Origin: the human T2T-CHM13v2.0 reference genome, Homo sapiens
DNA: 64,000 nt
NCBI RefSeq assembly: GCF_009914755.1
Contig: NC_060929.1
Strand: one strand, 5' to 3'
Each line of letters begins with the position of its first letter. The stretch's first letter is position 1. The notes beneath the pieces are model-generated. The model did no database searches, was not told where the DNA came from, and saw only the letters and a program-made list of their open reading frames with translations. Below, one piece after another: positions 28,569-43,325 of this stretch. The position numbers and the translations under genes were made by a program.

Positions 28569-31500
28569 CCACACAACTAAATGGAAATTGAACAACCTGC
28601 TCTTGAATAAATACTGGGTAAATAACGAAATTAAGGCAGAAACAAATAAGCTCTTTGAAACCAATGAGAACAAAGACACAATGTACCAGAATCTCTGGGA
28701 CACAGCTAACGTACTGTTTACAGGGAAATTTATAGCACTAAATGATCACCTGAGAAAGTGGGAAAGATCTAAAGTCAACACCCTAACATCACAAAATAAC
28801 TAGATAAGCAAGAGCAAACAAATTCCAAAGCTAGCAGAAGACAGGAAATAACTAAGATCAGAGCAGAACTGAAAGAGACAGAGACTCTTTCAAAAAATCT
28901 TTCAAAAAAATCAATGAATCCAGGAGCTGGTTTTTTGAAAAGATTAACAAAATCGATAGACTGCTAGCCAGACTAAGAAAGAAGAAAAGAGAGAAGAAAC
29001 AAATAGATACAGTAAAAAATGATAAAGGGGATATAACCACTGATCCCACAGAAATACAAACTACCATCACTGAATACTATAAACACCTCTGTGTAAGTAA
29101 ACTAGAAAATCTAAAGGAAATGGATAAATTCCTGGATACATACACTCTCCCAAGAATAAACCAGGAAGAAGTCGAATCCCCAAATAGACCAATAACAAGT
29201 TCTGAAATTGAGGGAGTAATTAATAGCCTACCAACCAGAAAAAGCCCAGGACCAGACAGATTCATAGCCAATTCTACCAGAGGTACAAAGAGGAGCTGGT
29301 ACCATTCTTCCTGAAACTATTCCAAACAATAGAAAAACAGGGACTCCTCCCAATTCATTTTATGAGGCCAGCATTATCCTGATACTAAGACCTGGCAGAA
29401 ACACAACAAAAAAAGAAAATTTCAGGCCAATATCCCTGATGAACACTGATGCAAAAATCATCCTCAATAAAATACCAGCAAACCGAATCCAGCAGCACAT
29501 CAAAAGGCTTATCCACCACAAATGAGTCAGCTTCATCCCTGGGATGCCAGGCTGGTTCAGCATACACAAATCAATAAATGTAACCCATCACATAAACAGA
29601 ACCAATGACAAAAACCACATGATTATCTCAATAGATGCAGAAAAGGCCTTCAATAAAATTCAACACATCTTCATGCCAAAAACACTCAATAAACTAGGTA
29701 TTGATGAAACGTATCTCAAAATGATAAGCTATTTATGACAAACCCACAGCCAATATCATACTGAATGGGCAAAAGCTGAAAGTATTCCCTTTGAAAACCA
29801 GCACAAGACAAGGATGCCCTCTCTTACCACTCCTATTCAACATAGTACTGGACATTCGGGTCAGGGCAATAAGGCAAGGCAAAGAAATAAAGGTATTCAA
29901 ATAGGAAGAGAGGAAGTCAAATTGTCTCTGTTTGCAGATGACATGATTGCATATTTAAGAAACCCTATCGTCTCAGCCCAAAAACTGCTTAAGCTGATAA
30001 GCAACTTCAGCAAAATCTCAGGATAGAAAATCAATGTGCAAAAATCACAAGCATTTCTATACACCAATAACAGACAGAAAGCCAAATCATGAGTGAACTC
30101 CTATTCACAATTGCTACAAAGAGTATAAATACCTAGATATCCAACTTACAAGGGATGTGAAGGACCTCTTCAAGGAGAACTACAAACCACTGCTCAAGGA
30201 AACAAGAGAGGATACAAACAAATGGAAAAAAATTCCATGCTCATGGGTAGGAAGAATCAATATCGTGAAAATGGCCATACTGCTCAAAATAATTTATAGA
30301 TTCAATGTAATTTCCATTAAGCTACCATTGACTTTCTTCACAGAATTAAAAAAAAAAACTACTTTAAATTTCACATGGAACGGAAAAAGAGCCTGTATAG
30401 CCAACACAATCCTAAGCAAAAAGAACAAAGCTGGAGGCATCACGCTACCTGACTTCAAACTATACTGCAAGGCTACAGTAACCAAAACAGCATGGTACTG
30501 GTACCAAAACAGATATATAAACCAATGGAATAGAACAAAGGCCTCAGAAATAATGCCACACAGCTACAACCATCTGATCTTTGACAAACCTGACAAAAAT
30601 AAGCCATGGGGAAAGGATTCCCTATTTAATAAATGATGTTGGGAAAATGGTGAGCCATATGCAGAAAACTGAAACTGGACCCCTTCCTTACACCTTATAC
30701 AAAAACTAACTCAAGATGGATTAAAGACTTAAACATAAGGCCTAATACCATTAAAACCCAAGAAGAAAACTAGGCAATACCATTCAGGACATAGGCATGG
30801 GCAAAGACTTCATGACTAAAACACCAAAAGCAATGGCAACAAAAGCCAAAATAGACAAATAGGATCTAATTAAACTAAACAGCTTCTGCACAGCAAAAGA
30901 AACTATCATCAGCGTGAACAGGCATCCTACAGAATGGGAGAAAATTTTTGCAATCTATCCATCTGACAAAGGACTAATATCCAGAATCTACAAAAAACTT
31001 TAACAAATTTACAAGAATAAAACAAACAATCCCATCAAAAAGTGGGCAAAGGATATGAACAGACAGTTCTCAAAAGAAGACATTTATGTGGCCAATAAAC
31101 ATATGAAAAAAAGCTCATCACTGGTCATTAGAGAAATGCAAATCAAAACCAGAGTGAGATATCATCTCATGCCAGTTAGAATAGCAATCATTAAAAAGTC
31201 AGGAAACAACAGCTGCTGGAGAGGATGTGGAGAAACAGGAACACTTTTACATTGTTTTGGGGAGTGTAAATTAGTTCAACCATTGTAGAAGACAGTGTGG
31301 TGATTCCTCAAGGAACTAGAACCAGAAATATCATTTGATCCAGCAATCCCATTACTTGGTATATACCCAAAGGATTATAAATAATTCTACCATAAAGACA
31401 CACGCACACGTATGTTTACTGTAGCACTATTCACAATAGCAAAGGCTTGGAACCAACCCAACTGCCCATCAATTATAGACTGGATAGAGAAAATGTGGCA

Positions 31501-31871
31501 CACATACACCATGGAATACTATGCAGCCATAAAAAGGATGAGTTCATGTCTTTTGTAGGGACATGGATGAAGCTGTAAACCATCATTCTTAGCAAACTAA
31601 GAAAGGAACAGAAAACAAAACACTGCATATTCTCACTCATAAGTGGGAACTGAACAATGAGAACACATGGACACAGGCAGAGGAACATTACATACCAGGG
31701 CCTGTCGGGGTGTGGGGTCAAGGGGAGGGATAGCATTAGAAGAAATACCTAACGCAGATGACGGATTAATGGGTGCAGCAAATCACCATGGCACATGTCT
31801 ATCTATGTAACAAACCTGCATATTCTGCACGTGTCTCCCAGAACTTAAAGTATAATTTTAAAAAAAGAAAA
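28569..31871 (+). mobile_element. L1PA7-like LINE-1, 5'-truncated, disrupted ORF2
   Basis: ORF2 peptides in the track (LFADDMI reverse-transcriptase motif; WYWYQNR), 3'UTR and A tail; TSD AA(C/T)AATTTGTTTTAAAA on both flanks; many stops and frameshifts. Confidence 0.97.
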
Positions 31872-32813
31872 AGAATAATTTGTTTTAAAAGATCTCCTTT
31901 GCATTTAAGCATTCTTTTTCACTCTTTCTTCTTCTGTTTCCAAAATAACTTAAAAACATTCTGCCAAAAGAAAATAATCTTTAAAATAAATAACAATAAT
32001 TGAGTCTAGGAATATGTCCTCAGTTATTGCAACCATTTTACTATGTGAAGGTCAAGAAATCTATCTAACATCCTGTTTATATCGAAGAGTTTATATATTT
32101 TTCTCATCAATCTTGTATTTCTATATCTTTCTTATGAAGCATGCAACTTGTATAGGCACATATAGACCATAATACAAAAAATAATATTTTCTATCTTTAT
32201 CAAGGGAAATGAAATGTTCTCACTAATTACTTCCAGGACATAGCAATCTGACTGAGAATTGAAGATGGCCATGAACATAACTGGAAATTAAGCACATAAG
32301 GTCAGAGTTCAAAATTATCATACTACAGTAGAAAAAACAACAGACTACAACTTAGGAGAATTTAGGGAGGTTCTTTTAGGAGAATTTTGGGACAATTTGA
32401 GAGGTAAAATCCTTTTACCTCTCAACTTTCCCAGGTCTCGTATTCCAAAATTGCATGATACTATGTAACTCCAAGGTATTGAGCTTAGTCCAAACTTAAG
32501 GTTTTTCAGTGGGTGTCACCATAAGGAAATTGTATAAACTTTTGAAGGTATTCTGTCATGTAGTAATAAATATAGCTTAAGAAAGTGCTATAATCATTAA
32601 TTTACATGGAATTAACAGTTAAAGTACATATTTGTTAATGTAGGGTGAAAAAACACATTATAATATCAATTGTAGTTGAGGTTCAAGGTTATTTTGTGAA
32701 AATAATAAAGAATAAAGAATTAAATAGAATAAAAAGTTATTACATATAATAAAGGCTAACAGGGAAAGAGATCTTACAATTGATAATAAAGAAATTAAAC
32801 CTATTGTAAAAAG

Positions 32814-33031
32814 CACAGATTGGCAACCTATGGCCCAAAAACCAAATCTAGGCCACTTCCTGTTTTTGAAATAAAGTTTTATGCGAACATAAATACCTTC
32901 ATTATATATTGTCTATGGCTGATTTTACCCTACAGAAATATAATTGAATAGTTGCCACAGATAATATATGGCCCACAATGCTTAAAATATTTATTATCTA
33001 GCCCTTTATTGAAAAAGTTTGTCAACATCTG
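32814..33031 (+). mobile_element. MER58A (hAT-Charlie) DNA transposon
   Basis: TTGGCAACCTATGGCCC...AAATAAAGTTTTAT...TTGTCTATGGCTG...AAAATATTTATTATCTAGCCCTTTA..GAAAAAGTTTGTCAACATCTG. Confidence 0.88.
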
Positions 33032-34158
33032 GTAGAGGAATTTCAAGATGAAAATGCTAACTAATGCCATACTAAAAATACAACCCAAATTAACTAAACT
33101 TTAGTTTGGAAAGAGTCTTTGGACTTCATAAAAACTGAGTAAATAAAGCCCTTATGATGTAAAAGATACAAGCATCTTAACATAGTTTTAAAGATCACAA
33201 ATTTGAATCCCTAATAATCAGTAAAAAAAAAAAAAGGGGGGGTTTTTTTTATAGAATTCACCATATTTCACATTTAGAACAAATTTTTATATCTCACTTG
33301 ATTTTTATCATTAAAAGTCAATGTTTTACATCATTAATGGTATTCATAATTGAATACACATGGCACACACTTGGGACACTTCTGAAATGTTTCATAACCG
33401 TTGATTAAAATAAAAATGTATTCTTTGAATTACAAAGTCTTCACTGGCATTTCTTCTCCCATAGAAAACCCTTCCACTCAGACAGAGGCCTAGTATTTTC
33501 AGTGACGAGTCTGGCATACAGCATGTGCCCTATAAGTTAAATAAATAAATTTTTTTTGAAAAAAAAATATGTAAACTTTGTCTTTTGTTACCTATTGGAT
33601 TATGAAAGGAAGATTTTGGTTGCTGTTCATTTTTCTGTAGACATTTACAGGGAAATGAAAACAGGCCATGTAAATTATATTAATCAAAAGCACACAATTT
33701 CCAGAGATTGCCTTTCACTTGAAGATAATGAAACAGCCATGGCTGGTTAGCTTCCGATTTACTTTAAGTTTCTATAGCTGATATTTCCACTTAAATAGAT
33801 TTGTAAGTCTCTTCCTTAAATATTGAATTTATCCAGAAACAGTCTTTCTTTCCATTGCTTTAAATGAATATTGATTTTTCTTTTAGCTTTAAAAGCCATC
33901 AGTTGAGTCTTAAAATGTATCAGTAATTATTATGAGAATTAAATAGTGCAAGTAAAATGACCCACTTTAACTAATCTAGTTGAGCAGCTAATGATCACAT
34001 TTTTTTTTTTTACATAAAATTGTAGTCCTTTCTGTAGTTGGTCCAGTGGCATTTCATCAGGAAGAAATACAGTAAGAAGAGTGCAGCTATCTCCATCCAT
34101 ACAGAGCTGATTATAATATAGAAGTCCTGTAACTGGTCATTTCATTTCAGAAGCTTAT

Positions 34159-36426
34159 TGATACGGCTCAGCTGAATTATGTCTCCCAAATGTCATCTTG
34201 AATTATGTCTCCCATAATTCTCATGTGTCATGGGTAGGACCCTGAGGGAGATAACTGAATCATGGGGGCGGGTCTTTCCCATGCTATTCTTGTGATAGTG
34301 AATGAGTCTCACAAGATCTGATGGTTTTATAAAAGGGAGTTCCCCTGCACAAGCTCTCTTTGCATGCCCCTATGTAAGATATGACTTTGCTCCTTCTTCA
34401 CCTTCTACCATGATTGTGAGTACTCCCCAGCATGTAGAACTGTGAGTCAATTAAACCTCTTTTCTTTAAAAATTACCCAGTCTCGGGTATGTCTTTATTA
34501 GCAGCATAAGAACAGGCTAAAACAGTAAATCGGTACCACTAGAGTGGGGTGCTGCTGTAAAGATACCCAAAAATGTGGAAGTGACTTTGGAACTGGGTAA
34601 CAGGCAGAAGCTGGAGCACACTGGAGAGCTCAGAAGAAGACAGGAAGATGTGGGAAAGTTTGGAACTTCCTCGAGACTTGTTGAATGGCTTTGACCAAAA
34701 TGCTGATAGTGATATAGACAATAAAATCCAAGCTGAGGCAGTCTCAGATGGAGATGAGGAACTTGTTGGGAACAGGAGTAAAGGTTACTTTTGCTATGCA
34801 AAGAGACTGTTGGCATTTTGCCCCCACCCTAGAGATCTGTGGAACTTTGAACTTGAGAGAGATGATTTAGGGTATCTGGTGGAAGAAATTTCTAAGGGGC
34901 AAAGCAATCAAGAGGTGACAGGCATACAAGTTAGGGAAATTTGCAGCCTGATGATGCAATAGAAAAGAAAAATCCATTTTCTGGGGAGAAATTTAAGCCA
35001 GCTGCAGAAATTTGCATAAGTAAGGAGAAGCTGAATGTTAATCACAAAGACAATGGGGAAAATGTCTCCTGGTCATGTCAGAGACCTTCATAGCAGCCCC
35101 TCTCATCACAGACCTGGAGTCCTAGGAGGGGAAAATGCTTTCATGGATGAGGACAAGAGCCCCCCTGCTCTATGCAGCCTTGGGACATGGTGCCCTGCAT
35201 TCCAACTGCTTCAGCCCCAGCTCAGCTAAAAGGGGCCAATGTACAGCTCAGGCCATTACTTCAGAGGGTGCGAGCCCCAAACCTTGGCAGTTTACATGTA
35301 GTTTTGGGCCTGTGGGTACGAGAAGTCAAGAATTGAGGATTGGGAACCTCTGCCTAGATTTCAGAGGATGTATGGAAATGCTTGGATGTCCAGGCAGACG
35401 ATTGCTGCAGGGGTAGGGCCCTCATGGAGAACCTCTGCTAGGGGAGTGTGGAACGGAAATGTGGGGTTGGAGCCCCCAAACAGAGTCCCCACTTGAGCAC
35501 TTCCTAGTGGAGCCATGAGAAAAGGGCCACCATCCTCCATACCCCAGAATGGTAGATCCACTGACAGCTTGCACCATGCGCCTGGATAAGCCACAAACAC
35601 TCAATGCCAGCCCATGAAAGCAGTCAGGAGGGGAGCTGTACCCTGCAAAGCCACAGGGGTGGAGCTTCCCAAGGCCATTGGAGCCCACTTCCTTGCATCA
35701 GTGTGATCTGGATGTGAGACATGGAGTCAAATGAGGTCATTTTGGAGCTTTAACGTTTAATGACTGCCCTATTGGATTTCAGACTCAAATAGGGCCTGTA
35801 GCCTCTTTGTTTTTTCCACTTTCTCCCATTTGGAATGCATTTACCCAATGCCCGTATCGCCATTGTATCTGGGAAATAACTAACTTGCTTGTGATTTTAC
35901 TGGCTCATAAACAGAAGGGGCTTGCCTTGTCTTAAATGGGACTTTGGACTGTGGACTTTTGTGTTAATGCTGAAATGAGTTAAGAATTTAGAGGACTGTT
36001 GGTAAGGCATGATTTGTTTTGAAATGTAAGAACGTGAGATTTGGGAGGGGCCAGGGACAGAATGATATGGTTTGCCTGTGTCCCCACCCAAATCTCATCT
36101 TGAATTGTAGCCCCCATAATTCCCATGTGTCATGGGTGGGACCTGGAAAGAGGTAATTGAATCATGGGGGCAGGTCTTTCCCCCTGCTATTCTCATGATA
36201 GTGAGTAAGTCTCACGAGATCTGATGGTTATATAAAGGAGAGTTCCCCTGCACACACTCTCTTTGCCTGTCACCATTTAAGATGTGACTTTGTTCCTCCT
36301 TCACCTTCTTCCATGATTGTAAGGACTTCCCACATGTGGAACTGTGAGTCAATTAAAACTCTTTTCTTCATAAATTACTTAGTCTCAGGAATGTCTTTAT
36401 TAGTAACATGAGAACGGACTAATACA
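34159..36426 (+). mobile_element. Full-length THE1 (THE1C-like) MaLR: LTR 34159-34524, internal 34525-36062, LTR 36063-36426
   Basis: Two TG...CA LTRs; internal region starts GTAAATCGGTACCA and ends in the purine tract GGGAGGGGCCAGGGACAGAA; TSD CTTAT/CTGAT. Confidence 0.96.
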
Positions 36427-36719
36427 CTGATAGAAGAAAGGAAGAATGAAGACAGTGGCTTGGCCCCTTAAAAATGATTTACAAATCAAGAGGCAAAAAA
36501 TCAGGTTATCTGTCTTCTTACCCAAATGTTTTAACATTTGAAAATTTTAAGGAAAAATTAGACAATCCCTGAGGAATATGTCATAATTATTGCCATTTAA
36601 ATGAAATTAAATATACTGTTAATTTTACCTTTTCATATACTCTGTTACTGATATTTTAAAATACTTACCCCTCTTTTTTCCTGAGAATCAGATTTTCTTG
36701 CCTTTTCACTTATTTAGCC

Positions 36720-37260
36720 ATGGAAATTGGTTTAAGTCCATAAAGTATGAGCTGTAAAGGGCTTTTATTCCAAAATCTACATGAGATTCCAACTACAGGT
36801 GCAACTATCAGCCTCTCTGATAAGACCATGGAGAAATTTAAAGAGATGGCTCCTATAAGTTCTCAGCTAGACAAAAGAGTTTCTAAGAAGTTGAATGGAA
36901 TTGTCTCATCGCTCTTTGATTTTTAAGCCCAAAGTAGAAATGAACCTGGATTGAAGGTATACATAGGTGTGGTTTTGTGTAACAGAGTGGTTTATAATCT
37001 AATCTGCAAGAATTCCATGCAACTTTTAAAGGATTTGTGCCATCTTGTACTGAAAGGGTAGCAATTGTGTAAAATGAAAAGAGGACTCCTTCCCTAAGCA
37101 GTCTGAGGGAACTACTCAAATGCAAATATTTGCCATTTTTCATAGAAGAGCAGTGACTCACAGGATGGGACCAAGATTACAGCAGGCAGGGCCAAAAGCC
37201 CTGGAGAACAATTCTCAAGGAGCCAAACTGAGTTCTAATCAACAATATCTCATGCTCTCA
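36720..37260 (+). mobile_element. Old MaLR internal relic
   Basis: GGGCCAAAAGCCCTGGAGAACAATTCTCAAGGAGCCAAACTGAGTTCTAATCAA resembles MLT1-int. Confidence 0.35.
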
Positions 37261-38610
37261 GAGCATGGGGAATTGGTCAGCATAATAGATGCAGGCATTT
37301 GGTAAATTCAGTATGCAATTATAATTCAAAAAAAGTAAACATTTATTAAGTTAGAAATAAATGAGAACCTCCAAGGCCTAACAAAAAATTTCCATAAACA
37401 TCTGGAGCAAACACCTTAAATATGGTAACAATGAAAACAGTTTCTTAAAAATAAGGGACAACTCAACGATATATACTACCACCACATCTATTCTATTTTA
37501 TTGGCAGTCTTAAGTAGTATAAGAGGAAATAAAAAAGGTATTAAGGGTATAAGAGAGGAAAGCAAAATTATTAGAGATAACTTTTATCATTTACATAGAA
37601 AATGCAAAAGAATCCATAAATCTTACAAAAGGACTGAATATAAAGTCAGTAGCATTTATATACACCAGAAGCAAATACCTAGAAAACAAAAATAAAGAGA
37701 AGAAAAAATTTTCAATAATTTAAATACAGCAGTATTTACAAGAATACAAGAATAATATATCATAAGATATAAAAAATCTCTACAGGTAAATTATAAAACT
37801 TTTAGAGCTATTAAAAATAACTGTAAAATGCAGAGAAACCATATTTATAAGGAGAAAAACTTTATATTATAGAAAAATCAATTTTCCCTAAGTGGAACTC
37901 CAGATTTAATAAAATTTCAATAGAAATTTCTGTTTTTTTAATGCAACTTGTTCAGATTGTTATAAAATTTATATAAAAGAACAAAACGAGCTAATAAATA
38001 CCCTGAACTAATCTGAATAAGTGAAGGATGGGTAATTTGTCCTACTAAATACTTTAAATCTGTAATAATCTAAATAGTATGTTACAGCATCAGGGATAGA
38101 AAATATAGCTTATCTGATAAATAAAGGTGCTAAAAAGTACCCAAACATTAATGGAACATTGTTATATGACAGAGATAGCATGCCAGATGGCTGGGTGAAG
38201 TTGAAATTATTTAATAAATAGATAAGTTGAAATTATTAAATAGACATTAAGAAACATGGTTAGCCAAGTGAATAAAGACAAAATTAAATCTCTACCTCAT
38301 AGAATATAAAAATAGATTCCAAAAGCATTAAGGACTTAAGCTTCTTAGTAGAAAATATAAGTAAATACCTTTTAGACTTTAGAGTGAGAAAAGTTTCTTA
38401 AATAAGTACAAAACACATTGACTATGAGAAAAAAATGATACATTTAGATTAAAACTAACATTAGTTAATCAAAACAATAGATCAAATTGGGAGGCGATAT
38501 GTGTATTACAGACAAGTGCCAAAGCATTGGTATGGATAATAAAGTGCTTCCATAGGTCAATAAGAAAAGCAAAGTAAAAATTAAACAGAAAATTGTTGAA
38601 AGTTATAACT

Positions 38611-38853
<243 letters not shown>

Positions 38854-38998
38854 TTATAAATGGTAATTTCAAAAATAAAATCCATGAATGGCAATAAGCA
38901 TATAATGAAATATTTAAAATTATTAATGGTTGCAAAAATAAAAATCAAAATTGCTGAGATACCGCTTACATTCATTTGTTTAAAAATAAAAAGAAGGG

Positions 38999-39298
<300 letters not shown>

Positions 39299-39906
39299 AG
39301 GAATTAGACAATAATTAAGTATTGAAATGGACGTACAACCGGAGGATATCTTACATATTGTTGAAGGAAATGCAAATTGGTGCATTCACTTAGAAAACCA
39401 GTTTGGCATTTTTTCCTAAACTGGAACATTCTATGCCTTGTGGTACAGAAATTTCATCCCTAAATATAAAATCAATATACTGCAATACGGTTTAAAATAA
39501 AGTAAAAATATACTTCTTCAGAGAGTATCTAAATGACATAAGAAATTACAAAGGAATGACAAACATAGAATCAGAAAAAAAAGTTTGTTTAGACTGAGGT
39601 AGGTAGGGAAATGAAATATAGAATAAATTTTAAAATTATTTTTAAAAAGAGAGAAATACTTTACATTGCCTGACATTTCATCCTCTGCGAGTATGCCTTA
39701 GAGAGAACAAGACATTGGAGATTAAAAAAAAGGGGGATTCTCTCATGGATATTGTTCCCCAAGAACCTCCCATGATGTGAGAATCCAGCCAAACTGAATG
39801 TGATTGTAGTGTATAAAAATTAGTAATTAGTAGCTTCGTATGCTGTGGCACCTTAGCTCAAAACAAGCACCTTTTCTGAAACTTATCTGGAGAGCCAGAC
39901 TCTAGT

Positions 39907-40246
39907 CACTCCCTACCCACCCCCACCACCAAACCCGCGGTTCCCCTCCTGTGGTCCCTGGTTTGTTAGGAACCAGGCTGCACACCAGGAGAGCGACCGG
40001 CCAGCATTATCCCCTGAGCTCCACCTCCTGTCAGACCAGAAGCGGCATTAGATTCTCAAAAGAGCATGAACCCTATTGTGAACCGTGCATACAAAGGATC
40101 TAGGTTGTGTGCTCCCTATGAGAATCTAATGCTTGATAATCTGAGGTGGAACAGTTTCATCCCAAAACTACCCCCACAACCCTATCTGTGGAAAAATGGT
40201 CTTCCGTGAAACCGGTCCCTGGTGCCAAAAAGGCTGGGGACCACTG
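39907..40246 (+). mobile_element. MER1B (hAT-Charlie) DNA transposon
   Basis: TGTTAGGAACCAGGCTGCAC...GCGGCATTAGATTCTCA...GAAACCGGTCCCTGGTGCCAAAAAGGCTGGGGACCACTG; CTCTAG on both flanks. Confidence 0.92.
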
Positions 40247-40614
40247 CTCTAGAGGAAGCACTGAACTTATTGAGTGATGGCATCTCATCCAACAGGACAC
40301 TTTCCTAAGATATATTTGGTGGTAATATCACTACTCAAAGTTTTCTTATTAAATTATTAACAATTATGTTCACATTATATTCTAACTTTGTGTAAATTAA
40401 CAATTTTGCATTAAACCTTTCCAGTTTTCTTTACCAAAAAGTATTAAAAACTTGAAGTGAATTATAATTTTATTTATAATAAGCAATTTCTGTAAGTGAT
40501 TTTTACATATCTGAGTTTTTTACATATGAGTACTGTACACATAGTAGGCACTCAAGACATTCTTGTTGAGAAAAGGAGTAAATAAATGAGAAGGCTAATT
40601 TACATACTGATTAA

Positions 40615-40840
40615 GATTATAAGAACCCAAGACCTGGGTTTGGGTCCTCCTTCCTCTTTTACTAGCATTGTGAATCTGTAAATTTTAGTCTTTTTTATTT
40701 GCTGAGTAAAAAAGTGGTTTATAATAGCAATCACCACCGAGGGCTGTCATGATGATGAAATGACACCATGTATGTAAAGTGCTTAACAGTGTGCCTGGCA
40801 CATGTAAAATGCTCAATAAATTTAAGTTATTACTTTCACC
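40615..40840 (+). mobile_element. MIR
   Basis: AGACCTGGGTTTGGGTCC...GTATGTAAAGTGCTTAACAGTGTGCCTGGCACATGTAAAATGCTCAATAAAT. Confidence 0.8.
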
Positions 40841-40850
40841 ATCATCATTT

Positions 40851-40901
<51 letters not shown>
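40851..40901. repeat. (TA)9(GA)16 compound microsatellite
   Basis: Directly visible. Confidence 0.97.
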
Positions 40902-40905
<4 letters not shown>

Positions 40906-41754
40906 CTCACCTAATCAGACTTTCTCACTACTTGATGATACCTAATTAAGAGAATTTACTGTAATAACTAAAGCTCAGTAAATTTATTGCATTCTTGAAG
41001 CCATAAAGACCGAAATGTTACATTAAAACTTTATTATGCACTGAAAGATTTCATCATAGCAATGATCTTTATGTTCCAGAAAAGGTCATATAAACCACAC
41101 CTTTGATTTTTCTTTTCTAAGCAGGGAATGTTGAATGTAGAATAAATGTTCAGTTTATCCCTTCCTTTCTTCACAAAAAATTAGCCAACTCTTCTAATGA
41201 ATTGAACAGTGCTAGACCTTTCCAAAATCCTCTCCTTATTGCAAACTTGTTTCAAGTACTTTCTAAAAGCTCCTGATTAGCCTTAGAAGAAGGAAACATA
41301 CATACAGCATCCTGAATAATAGTGCCAGTTATTGCAACATGGAAATTTTTTTCCTCAGGTTCAGTGTTAAGCAAGAACCAATGTGAAATGTTTGATAGAA
41401 AGGGCAGTTCTAGAGTGGCATGATGGCTCCATTCTCTGGTTTACTAAACAAATGACATGTGTGGTGGCTAATGAAGCCATGAGCATCCCTAGCCCTTGCC
41501 TCAATGTTTTCCTCTAGACAACCTGCCAAATGGGGCCAGTGTTAAACACTGAAGGTCATAATGCTGTCTACTAAACAATTCTGATTTTTAATATCCTGTA
41601 GTTTATTTGAAATTTCCAAAGAAACATATAAACTCAAGCCAGCGTAATTTAACAAGTGATAAGAGTGACAGGAGATAAAATCAGAGGAATGGTCAAGAGC
41701 ATCATCAGGTAGGGCAGGCTGATAAAAAGATTAAATGATTTTTTAATCCATAGA

Positions 41755-42810
<1,056 letters not shown>

Positions 42811-43255
42811 TTTTGTAAGCAGCTTTATTGAGGTATAATTGGCAAACAATAAACTGTACATATTTGCTACATAGAAGTTGATATGTTTGAAGCATGTATG
42901 CACTCATGAAACCTTAATGACAAGATAATGAATACATCCTTCACCAAAATATGTCCCTCATGAATTTCACTCAATTCCCAGGCAATCACTACTGATTTGC
43001 TTTCAGTCACTACCAGATTAGTTTAATTTTTAACAACTTTATGTACCTGGAATCATACAGTATATTATATTTTGTGTCTGGATTATATTACCAAATATAA
43101 TTAGATATTCACATATAATATTATATATATCATTTGTTCCTTTCTTTTTATTGGTGAGTAGAATTTCATTACATTAATATACCACAAAGTGTTTATCTAT
43201 TCATATGTTGATGGACATTAGGTTATTCTTAGGTTTCTGCTATTACAAATAAAGC
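42811..43255 (-). mobile_element. L1MC/MD-like 3' end (left part; resumes at 46183)
   Basis: CAGCTTTATTGAGGTATAATTG...AATAAACTGTACATATTT...GCTATTACAAATAAAGC. Confidence 0.8.
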
Positions 43256-43325
43256 CCATTCTGCCTCAGCCTCCTGACTAGCTGGGACTACAGGCGCCTG
43301 CCACCACGCCTGGCTAATTTTTTGT
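43256..43325 (-). mobile_element. Internal Alu fragment (AluY-like)
   Basis: CCATTCTGCCTCAGCCTCCTGACTAGCTGGGACTACAGGCGCCTGCCACCACGCCTGGCTAATTTTTTGT. Confidence 0.92.

Noticed and set aside
30157-30636. 159-aa ORF, the longest in the track, as a gene
   Set aside because: It is a fragment of L1 ORF2p inside a 5'-truncated, frameshifted L1PA with no promoter.
34517-35688. Cluster of overlapping ORFs
   Set aside because: All lie within the THE1 internal region and represent its broken ORF or antisense frames.
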